Position numbers and translations under genes: made by a program. Below the pieces are notes generated by a model that was given only the letters and a program-made list of their open reading frames with translations, ran no database searches and was not told the origin of the DNA. Positions 52,401 to 64,000 of a stretch of DNA of 64,000 nucleotides are shown one piece after another (within the stretch, counting starts at the first letter, position 1; every line of letters begins with the position of its first letter). The DNA is from Trichoplax adhaerens (Eukaryota; Animalia; Placozoa): contig NW_002060949.1 of assembly GCF_000150275.1 (NCBI RefSeq), positions 4,574,844 through 4,638,843 of the forward strand, given 5' to 3'.

Positions 52401-55400
52401 GATTTAATTTTGACAAATTATACGACGTGCAACTAATTTGATTGGTTTTGATATATCCTGGTACTTAGATAGAATACTAAAATGAAGATTTCCGCTAATA
52501 ACTTTGTATTCTAACTGCATAATCGTCGCTTTGTATCACGCCTAATTATAACTGGTATCTTTCAGCATTCATTACCTTCAAAGCATTCTATCGCTAGATT
52601 ATTCAAATATCAAATTGCTATTATTGTAACTACAATATATTTTCACAAGAAAGACCTATTACTCGTTCTAATGCTTTGTATTCTAGTTTAAAAATGAAGA
52701 ATGGTGCTTTGATAAAGAAAATTGCCTTACTGACACTGGTATTTCTTAATAACTGAGTGGATAAGTTTAAATATTACATAATTCAATCTCCTTATGGCGT
52801 CAGCGATCATAAATTAAAGTATAGAGAAAATACGTCTCATATTTATAGGTGTATACTGTATAGTTCAACTATCGACTACGATAACTCACTATATCGTCTA
52901 AATTCATGGTATTCTTATACTATATCACTAAGATATAATCTCAATCTGAATGTATTGAGCAGCATAGAAAGATGCAATAACTCATTTAATCTAATCTAAG
53001 GTTTACAGTATTCAACACCAGGCCACCATTATAGTTGACTATAAGAGTAAGTGCATTTCGTCTTAAGTTTATATAATACGGAATGCTTTAATCGTTTGAA
53101 AGGACATAGTCGAGATTGATACTGTAATTCATACCTATTGATGACATGATAAGATATGGTGGTAGTATTACTGCTCTTTCTCATCAATATACGCGTATAA
53201 TAGCATTTCAATTTATCGGAATAGTAACTTATAAAGGATGCTTTAATGGAAGTTTACAATATAACTATTGTTATCTACAATCGACTATGAAATAGTATGG
53301 CGTCTAAAGATTTTCCTAGTTTCCAATTAGCTATTATAGTAAAGTTCATAATTTATCATATCGCCTATTATCAATTTATTAACAATTTGATGAGATGACG
53401 ACAATTTTTTTCCTTTAATTATATATTTTATAAATTTTGATGTTATTCTATTTTATTAAGAATGTAGACTAATTGAGATAAAATAGTTATAAGCCAGCGT
53501 CATTGAATTTTTGATTGATTAATGTAGCTTAATTTAAGTAATTTAGCTAGATATGAGCAAATGGTAGATGATTCTTTACTAGGGCCTCATCAACAATAAC
53601 ATCAATTATATTATAAACGCTAGTCTAAATGGCACTAGAAGAACATGGAAAGAACTCTGTTTAATCAGGCTAATTTTAATGAACCTGTGAAATATTGAAA
53701 TTTTTATGGAAAAGGATTGATCATTATTTCAATAAGACGAAGAATAGGTTGATACTGTCATGAAAATCGCTAAGTTGATATCGTACCGTAGTTGACTTAG
53801 CTATACAGTATACCCAGTATGGGGCCCTATATACTATACAATTATAATCATTTATGCACATTTAGAACTAGATAAATATTCTATTTCTATTACGATACAA
53901 TGCGATATCGAAGTTTGTAAGATAAATTTATTGCTGGTGAAGGAAAAACTTTGTAGTATTACCTTGAAGCTATAATTATCATGAACTATTATTTATAGTC
54001 GTCATAAGTGATAGCATTAGCTACGACAGCTCTGAAGAAAGAGTTCATTTTCATTCTCAAGGAATAATAATCATCTTGCTAAAGATTGGCAATTTTACTA
54101 TACGCATATTATTATTTTACTGTATTGCTTTTTTTTCTATCATCAATTTCTTTGACTTGAATAGAAATTAGAATTTATTTTTATCAAATCGTTAAATCAT
54201 GTTTGAATGATAATATGTTGTTATTCTTTTTTTTATTGAAGTTACATCTTTTAAGGAGGTCAAATAGACACAAAAGAGCGGTATTTTAATGAACTATCAA
54301 TCTACAGGCGAGCCTATTATTCAGTAATTTTTATTTGATTATTCTGTCCAATTGATTTATCACTGTAGGCTGATGTTTTTATTCCATATTTAATTTAGCA
54401 TCATCGGATAGATTTATCTATATACAATGTTAATTAAATAGAGAACAATATATCAGTAGGAAGAAGAATAGATGAGAGATCTTTTCTTCGTCAATTGTAT
54501 AGAATTGAATAAAGTAAGAACGTATAAGACGTTAGTTGTTCCCTCAAACCATTTGACAGTATTCAAGCTACTATTGTTCATCAATTTTACTATGGATTAC
54601 TATTGAATGTTTTCCTGTTATCATGTATTTTTTCCTTCCTTGCTCTCTTTTTCTCTATCGCCTTTGCCGTTATTAATTTAATTTTTTTTTTAATGTCCCT
54701 GCTAAGACAGCTTAAGCACTTTTTCTATCGATATTGTCTGCCTTTTAGCGTTGAACTATGCTAGCGCTGTTATCAGAATATGTATTGGCTTGATAATTTT
54801 TATTTTTAAAAGCTATCAAAGAGAATAAAGAGGATTATTGCTGAAATTTTTAAGATCCTTGCATTCCCCACCCCCTCCTATCTGATATTTCTTGTTGTTA
54901 AAATCAGTCTATCGTCGATGATGTAGATAGTATCACTGAAAATAGGCTTGCTTTGTTATCTTTATGACTTGTCAGTTTAACGAGGTTTATTTTTGTATGA
55001 TTAATTAGTTGACCATGAGACATTGCAATATCATCATTTTAAGCTATCACAATTGCATATTATAATTTATTCAGGACATCAAACACACATCGAATTATTA
55101 ATTAGGCTATGATAGAAGGTAAATTGGTATTACACTCGACAAGACTTTGCTTTTCTAGGTAGTTTAATGAAGAAGATCTTGATTTTTGATCTGTGCTATC
55201 TCTCCACAACTATAATCTATCCTCATAATTTATTTTCGACACAAGTTGCATTGTCTGCTATGCCTGCAAACTTGACATGTTTTGCAGTTTACGGCATCTT
55301 CTTGATTCTTATCCTTGTCCTACCTTTTTTTCCTCCCCCTATAATACGTATACTGTACCGTACTGTATGTGTAGCGTATATTGTTCTGTGAATAAACAAT

Positions 55401-55639
55401 GATTAGCTTACGTAGAGCATTATATTGATGATTCGAGATAGAGTAGGATAGAGAGATTTTAGAGGAGGGAGTTTCTCCTACCAGCAGCATCCATGCAATT
55501 TTGGCTGAGTTGAGGCCATTTTGTCGAGGATTGGAAACCAATCCTCGACAAGCCGCCATCCTCCATACTGCGACATGCGATAGTAATAATAATAATTAAT
55601 AAATAAATATACAACGAATAGGGCTACTGTTTCGGTACG

Positions 55640-55940
55640 TTTAGTCCAATCCAGTCTAGTAAAGGCAAGTTCCTGTCGTAGGTCCAGTTGTTGTCGATAC
55701 AGTGGTACGTACCATGGAGAACTGACGCATCGTCGTGTTCACCGTCATAGGTTGTACGTTTTACCGTACATCAGCGCAGTCTTGACGTCAGTCGTTCCAC
55801 GTCAGTGATTCGATATGTCGTACAGTACAGTACGACAAGACAGTAGTACAGTACAGTATACTGTAATCATGAGACAAAAGCGCTCAAGTCTGGCGGTCAT
55901 TTCTGAATGTACAGGACTGTACCGCGAAACCATATACAGT
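55640..55940. promoter_or_regulatory. CpG-richer promoter-like island with CRE sites and CAGTA runs
   Basis: TGACGTCA at 55783-55790 has neighbouring TGACG/CGTCA half-sites and is followed by TACAGTACAGTA runs, as seen at the other gene starts in the window. Confidence 0.4.
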
Positions 55941-58900
55941 AATAGCGCACATTACCGCAGTATCATTCGTAGTAAGTCCAAATCTTTGGCGAACCGAAGA
56001 CATCGAGCAAAGACAGAGAGTTACCTTGCCATTTTTTCCTATTTTTAAGACTTTTGTTGAACTCTTCTTAACTTTTCTGACTTGATCTATTTTCCTACTC
56101 ATTATTTTCAATTTGCTCGGCCATTTATTTGGGTAAATTTAGACTTGATCATCTTGGCCGTAATCAATGTCAACTCAGTGTAAATACATGGATCATACGC
56201 ATTCATAGCGCTGATACGATCGATTCTATGGATATAGTTAGCAATGACTGATATTTTTGAACTGCAAGAAAGTTAAAGAAAAATACATTGATTGGTAATT
56301 ACATTTGAACAAGCAGGAAATACCTCGATAGAATCCTCTTGTTTTGCAGAAAATTGAAAAAGGAAAGTCTTTACTCATAAAAATTGGCAGTAAAAATTGG
56401 AGTTGAAAGAAAAGGATATCTTGCTAGTGATACTATTGATACTACTGTGCTATCCACTCCTTCACTGTGATAAAAGAAGCCTCTTTCAATAGGTATGTCA
56501 AATAATAAAAACGAATATGTATTACTATAAGAATACAATAATGATAGGAAAAAACAGCAAGAGGAAAATTCACTGAATGACATCTCGCAATCCAATTTCT
56601 CTCAACCTTGACATATTGATGTACATTAGCGCAAAATGGCTCTATGACATGACTTTCTCTATCGAAATTGAATTGAATTCTCACTGCAAGAGTACCCTAA
56701 ATTGAGTCAAAAAATAATTCTTGAACTGGTTTTACAGTTAAAGAAAAATAATAATAATAATAATCATAACAAAGCCAGTTAGTACAGTATATTTACAGCT
56801 TGTTATATTCATCATGTTGATAAAGAATAGCGTTATTATCGGCCATAGACTTTGTAGACCAGCTAATGACAGAGACATAAGATAAAATGATTGACTTGTA
56901 CTCCACTGTATACTGTACAGTACACTATACGTTCATATAGTGTACGTCGTATACTATACATTTTTACCAACGTGAGATAACGAAAATAATTTCCACAAAT
57001 TTATATCGTATAAAGCTATCATTGACAGGGTGATCATTATGTGATCTGAATTAGACCAGTAGGAACTTCTCAATAAAAACTTACCAGCATAAAAAAGTGG
57101 TAAAATTGCTATTTGCCAATCAGAGTAAGATAGAAGAGTTTGAGAATAACACAAGACAACCTTTCAAAAATTTTTTTTTCCAGTAGTGCGCTATTAACGG
57201 CAATCATATCCCAACATTGCTATCATTGCAATCGTCTACAGCGGAGTTTTATAATAATATAAACAGCATTCGAAAATTAATAAAATAGTGTGCATAAATA
57301 TAAAAATACTAGTTGGGAATTTGATGTTTCGCAATTGCAAGGTGTCACTTTTATATATAATATATAATTTCGTATAATCAAACCCTCTTTCATACTTCCT
57401 TCCTCTTTGCCATCCAAAAAGTCATTCATCAACATAATTAAAATTAAAATTCATGGTGTATATTAGAGTATATAAGTGGAAAGAATCCTGATTTAAATTA
57501 CTTTATCCGTGGTGAAACTAGTAATTGCTTTTGAAATATGCGATTTACAGTTAGTTAAGTTAGAGCCCATCCCATCTTTAAAAATATATAAGACCGCTGA
57601 ACACCGGTTAGGCATACTGTCGATGATACTAGTCATAGTACTGTACGCTAACATCAGGTGAGTACACGCTATACGATATCATCATTTTGTACTGTCATTC
57701 TAACTCTTTTCTCCACTGGAAATCTTAATCCTTCTTCTTTTCACGCGTGCGATTTTTTTTATCTAATATTGTAACATAGCTACTAGACTACAATTTAGAA
57801 TCCTAATACCCCTTAGAAGCTTGCAAAATCTTGCTCTACATAATTTATCTATTACAATTAAAAACAAAATTTCTTTCTTTCTATCTCGAGATGATTTCAT
57901 GCCGTACTCTAATATTAACGTTCTGTGACGCGATATGCCACTCAATTACGTGTTAGACAGTCAATTTGTTAATTACCATAATAATTTAAATTTTAGTTTT
58001 TCCGATCGATGCATAGTTGAGTAGTGACTATGAAAATCTTGGAAACCGTAAAAAAAGTTGTCATTTTTACTCCTAGCCATGATTGATATGAAGTATTTCA
58101 TTTCTCATTATCTTTTTAACCATATAAATTACTGAATTTTTTAACTTAGCTTTGTATCCTCGACTCCAAGTCGATATCTTTTTATTGGTAGTGTTTACAT
58201 GTACTAAGCAATGAATACGTATCTCTAACTCTGTAAAGTACAGTGTACTGTAGTTATCAAGATACGACAACACACATTTTTCTATATCCTAGATATTTTT
58301 AGGTAATGATACTACAACAATCCACTACTTTTTATACTCAATATTCTTCTATTCGGTAATATTGAGATTTTAATATACAGTACAGTACAATACCATTACT
58401 GCACTGTGAGTACTTGTGTAGTTGATCAGTTATGATCGTTATATCCTACAGTAGCCTTGAGGATAATTACATACGCGTATTATGAACGTGGACTTAAAGA
58501 TAGAAATTGTTCATTTCTTCTCAGATCTTTCTTCAATAAATCTGGCATTGCGCTAAGGTTGTCGTGTGTACGTTGTCTTTTTAGTTATACTGTACTGTAC
58601 TGTATACTGCTCGTTTTACAGCAACAACTTTATAGCTACCCATCGATTAAAGATAATGTACTGTACAGTATAAGACTGATTTACTGTGACTATATATTAT
58701 ATATTGTATTATTTCTAATTCGATTAATATGTTAGATTACGTTATTTTTGGTCATATGGTTTTGATATTTCCTTCCCCTTTGTCAAGTCAAGTATAGGCG
58801 TCTTTTCGTAACCGATGTACTAGCCCAGACCTCCAAAGTACACCGGGTATACTGACTGTACTGTATGCGAACTGCATTCAAATTAATTAGTCTTTGACTT

Positions 58901-60733
58901 TGACTGTCTAACATATCATAAAAAACAAGGAATTTTTAATACTTGGGATATATTTGAACACTTGGCATATACTGCATTTTATGTTATTGAACTATGAGTT
59001 GATTTTATAATTTTTTTTTATCGTCCGTACAAGTGTGCAAGTACTGCAAACTATTTGTATCCTACAGTACATGGAACAGGATTATCTTTGTACTCTTTTT
59101 ATTGATTAGTATATTACGGTCAATCTTGAGGGAGGGGATATATTTACTTGAGAGGCACCTGATCCTGGCATAGTATAATTGGTACTGCCTAGAATTCCAA
59201 ATATACGCGATTAAGAGACTCTAGCAATTGCTTCATAACGCTAAATCAATCAATCAATTGCAGTTATTATTGTATTTTTTTATTTAGGTTTATTTTAATA
59301 GATAGATTTGATAGTCTATGATGCAGACTGGATTAGCAAAATTTCTAAATTTATTGATGAATCTTGCATCACAACTATATTTGCTTATCCTTGGTATTGG
59401 TGTTCTAAAATTTCTTATTTTTAGTAAGAGCTGGCTTTAAATTAATAAATTACTATCCTTCTGATGATCATGAGGCAATAAAATCACAAATTTAGTAGTC
59501 TACTTTTTTTTCTGATACAGTTAGTAGATAGTAATATTGGTGACTGATAATGCTACTGAAAGGAATATGCGTTTACAGTATTCTTGAATTTCACTAACTG
59601 AAATTGCCGTTCTTCTTTGCTGAATTTAGAGTTATTGAATTGAATTAAAGAATGAATTATAGTTCTTCACTTATTTATATCAAGTTTGGATAGCATAAAC
59701 GTTACTTACTCGCGGCAGAAGAACGCAAAAATTCAGAAAAGGTAAATGGCGTTGAATAATATCAAGTTGACCTCAATACTTGCGTACGGGTGTATTACTA
59801 CGAGTATTAATCGGCTATTCGATAACGGCGACAACAAGAATGGGAGCATTCTTGTTACTTATCATGAATCTACTATTGAGTTAATATGTAGGAATATTAA
59901 TTGAAACTTAACTTCACTCTTGACATCTTGCTTGTAATGATACTAGTTCGCATTACTATTGAGATTGAGATTGAATTCAGTAGACTAACTTATGATTGTC
60001 ACATTATATCAATACGCTATGCTAACGATTGGATGCAATTAAAGGCTTTCTTTCCCTTATATACAATTTACTATAACTACTCTTTTAACTTAATATCATA
60101 ATAGCGTAGTTATGTTTATTCTACCTTTATTTTTATACCTACTGTACGTTTCTAGAGTGTATTAGCTAAACTGTTGAAGTTTCCTCCAACGTAATAGTTC
60201 TATTCCAAATCATATTCGTAATATCAGTTTGATTTAATTTTATAATCATGCTATCTGTAAACATACACTAACCTTTAATTATAACTAATCTACCTTACTA
60301 TTAGTATAAAAAAGTAATCTTTTTATCTAATGATATCCAGGTAAAGCTAACAATTTTCATTTCTTAAATTTAGTTTATTACTCGTTAGGCAATTGGAGGA
60401 AGTTTGGCTTTTATTAACAGCAACATTAATATACGTATATATATTTACTAGCCCAACAGGAGATTCGTAGCGGAGTAGTATCAGATTAACTAAATTGAAA
60501 ATATTTCTATCAATAGCGACTTACAAGTATCAAGGTAAGAGGTTAAAAAATCGAAATAAAGCATAGCTTATATTTTTCAAAGTTTTACTTTAATCGATGA
60601 GATGGATTTATAGAGAATAGGCTGTTGTAAAAAAATTGTATATTTTGAAATTTAACTTTTGACCATCTCAATAATTAAATTCATAACAAAGATTGTAGAT
60701 CTAAACTAAAGTGTAAAGATCGAAAAATTAATC

Positions 60734-61093
60734 ATGGGAAGTGGATCATCGACTTGCGCAAGTGATAAATCGGTTGAGATAAAATTAAAAATGAAAGGCA
60801 GCAGCTCCATACCAATTCGTAGACCGTCTGCCATCTTAAATGCAGAAATTAATACAAAGCATTTAACTATTAACCCTACCACGGCTTATCGATTAGCAGT
60901 AGCAGCTCAAGGCGGTACTGTGAGCACTACCAATACTGGCAATAACTTACCTAAAAAGAATAAAAATCGGATAGTACGTAATCAAAAGTATCAAAAACCT
61001 CATTTTGAAATCTTTAAAGCTAGCAATGGTGAAGAATACACTATTTTTGTGAGAACTGACAGTCATAGATTCTATATCAATTGCATTACTCAG
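60734..61093 (+). CDS. First coding exon of an unidentified N-myristoylated protein; gene probably continues beyond the window
   Basis: A 120-codon frame starting MGSGSSTC (MGxxxS) ends at a strong CAG|GTAAGG donor. It is preceded by an acceptor at ~60698 and a candidate 5'-UTR exon at ~60459-60533 (AAG|GTAAGA). Confidence 0.7.
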
Positions 61094-64000
61094 GTAAGGA
61101 GATAATAAAAAAATTACGTGCAATAGCTATCTAAATGAAAGACGAATATTGTCTTAATTTACGATATTAAATATTATTTTGTCTATGACGATGCCTGATA
61201 TCGTAAAATCATACTTATTGCTTTCAGCTGATTACATTTTTCACACAATCCAGTGCAGTAGAACTTCTCATCATATATAAGTAGTGGCTTTTCTTATACA
61301 CAATACTTGTACATTGATATCATACAAGATAGTACTGTCCACAAACATGCGATTTTGTTTTTTATGCGCATATTTTATCAATATAATGTAATGCACCTTT
61401 ATTGCTGTATTTATTTGTTATATTATATTCATTTACTGTTTAATTGTATTGATTGTTAGATAATTGCTTTACTGCTAAGCTTCCATATTTTTATCTCTTA
61501 AATATCAAAAATGGACCGAAGGTTTTATCTGCATACTATAACATTAGAAGAACATAGTTAACTATTAATCAACAACTCCACAAGTTACAATTATCCGTAT
61601 CGAAACAATTACGCTAGCATCTTTGATTAGCGGCAATTTTTTTGAATTCATCGTATTTTTCTATCCTATACTCACATATCTAACTTCCTACATAAGAAGC
61701 TATGATCAATTTCTATAATTAAATATACCGTATATCGCTTTTCGCTCTCCTTATAATCCTTTATAATACAGTCTACCAGCTATCTCTTTTGATAATTTAC
61801 AGGTACCAGCTGTATTAGAATAACAAATAAGGATTAAGTTACCTTGTTTAGTCTACTATTATTTTCTGTACTCTTCATAAATCCTACTCCGAATGCCTAG
61901 TATTTTCAAAGATTAAGGATTACGGTTTCCAAAGTAGTATCTTAAGTTTTATTGATAAATGATCTCCATGACTGCATATAGGTCTTTATTGAAAAGTCTT
62001 TTCATCTGTTGTCAAATACTGATAACATGACAAATTTAATAATACAATTTTTCTTTATTGACTTTTAAAAGAATACTCCGCATCATTATCAATCTACATT
62101 ATAAAGGAACATTTTTTTACGCTTTAAAGTAAATTAATGTCCAAGACTGCATTTGCCAATAATTTAATTGCTGATTAGATAGCTAATTGGAGTTAAAATA
62201 AGATAGGCTTTAGAAGGGACATTGGCTCATACATCGATTCATACATTTACGTATCTCATGTAGCTATCAGGCTGTAATGCAAGAGAATACTTTTGTACGC
62301 TTGAAATTAAGTCGATATCAAAAGATTGCACAGACTATTAATTTAACTACTAACTAGAGAGCCGACAGGAATTAAATAAGATCCGTAAATTAACTTTAGA
62401 ACGGATATTGACTAATTAATACTCCTGAAGTACAACAATATAATAATACAGGATGTACAACGTAGTCTTGTTAATGTTTGTTTTCATCTCTTTAAACTGC
62501 TATGAAATAATTCTATATGTAAAAATTTTAGTCAAAAGGGAATTGAAACGTATTCTTAGTTTAATTTATGCAGTTCATTATCTAAGCTTATTTAATGATA
62601 TTAGAGGCTTCTAGTATACGCGTATGGATATGACACGTATCTACAAGAACAAAAAAATTATAATATACAGTACGTGTTCTTCGTACACTAGGCTTGATGA
62701 GTTTGTAGCCTTTGTAAAAGGTATTTATTTAATCATGCATCTGTAAAGAAAAATAAAAAAGTTATTGTTTTATATTGGATTGATAATAATTTAATTAGAT
62801 CATGATGATTGATAAAAACGGATTGATTTTGAGATTTCTCTTCTCGAAAGTATTGATGGCAATGATGTAATTAAGAAATTAGATAATGATATGAATATAA
62901 TATGATTGGAGTTGAGACTGTGCGAGAAGTTAGCTCTGTTGCAGCTAAAGACAAATTTTATTAAGTATGATAAAAATGATCACTTTCCTTATGCTTTTAG
63001 GTACAAAATACACGCGTGTATATGTATGTACATACATGTACTGTTTGTACGCCTATTACAAGGGTACATTGATGATTGCTAACAAAAAAGTAAATTAGTT
63101 TATTAATTTAAGGAGATTTTATTTTATCCACTGTGTAGAGTATTTTAATACTCTGGGTTCTAGTAATTCGAATGCAAAATGCTTAAATACCATTTTCCTC
63201 GCTTGTATTCCATTTGTTCAGCTTAGATTTTGCGTTACGTTTAATGATCTCTATAATTCATTACGAAAATTTTTAATTTGCAATCTTTGCACGATATTTA
63301 TGAAATTAATGAGCCTATCGCACGAATTAGTCATTTCTTGAACTGTTATGGAGTGAGTAGATTAATTTATCTGATCCAACGTGGTATAATTTGTAGTGAA
63401 AATTTCTGTCTAGGTTGGTACGATACACTCAATTTTTGGTTAAGGTGTTATTTATCTAGAAAAGATGCCTGTTCATTTATATATTGTTATCAAGTGATTG
63501 ATGAAGATAGAAAGAGACTCTTTTATTTTGCATGCTTTTATGGTTAAATAATAGATGTAAAAATTACAAGGCTAGATTTTTATTATGGGAATCATTTATT
63601 TTTGTGCCGCTTCCGGAATGAAGAAGTATGTATCTAGCATGGGTTTTATAGGGTGAATACAGACTATAGAATGATTTATTATTTATTAACAGTGAGATCA
63701 AAGGTAATAACTACAAAAGTGTACTTGAAAAGATTTTAATTGGAGATGCTATTTAATTAAACGAATCGAGACAGCCGATTTGACTTTTATTTTCGTTCAG
63801 TTTTGCACGAGATGATCTATTGTATACTTATCTTCATTACCTTCGATACGGACTGGTATAATTGGCTGACTTAAATAGCGGAGAAAGTAGTAATTAATTT
63901 ATTGTTAATTACACACTACATCTATACCGATAAATGTATTTATGTAGCTACCCTTAAATCGATGAAATAATATTCTGAAAGGTCTGCGTGAATATTATTT

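Noticed and set aside
46800-60101. Numerous 60-90-aa ORFs in the ORF track
   Set aside because: Composition matches random AT-rich DNA, many use non-ATG starts, and none has splice or homology support.
1-64000. tRNA, rRNA, snRNA, transposase or viral genes
   Set aside because: None recognised by eye. A covariance-model scan (tRNAscan-SE, Rfam) would be needed to exclude small RNAs.

Overview
AT-rich, compact, intron-rich animal genomic DNA. Short GT-AG introns, dense gene packing and CAGTA/TACTG pentamer runs suggest a placozoan such as Trichoplax (inference only). Gene models were built by hand from splice sites and recalled protein motifs. In order: a 3x ~314-bp tandem repeat; a convergent pair of ACOT7-like double-hotdog acyl-CoA thioesterases with mitochondrial-type first exons; TSEN34, whose exon-2 acceptor is triplicated; a long minus-strand gene encoding an intact but catalytically dead ATRX/RAD54L2-like SNF2 pseudo-ATPase; a caspase cluster; a head-to-head pair of isovaleryl-CoA dehydrogenase paralogues; a Rab24-like GTPase; about 14 kb with no recognisable coding exon; and the first coding exon of an N-myristoylated protein. 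The caspase cluster holds two CARD plus caspase-3/7-like genes tail to tail, a young CARD-less duplicate of the first that has also lost its prodomain-cleavage Asp, and a dead CARD exon. The second IVD paralogue has a systematically rewired substrate pocket. The best candidates for new biology are the caspase duplication, the IVD paralogue and the SNF2 pseudo-ATPase.
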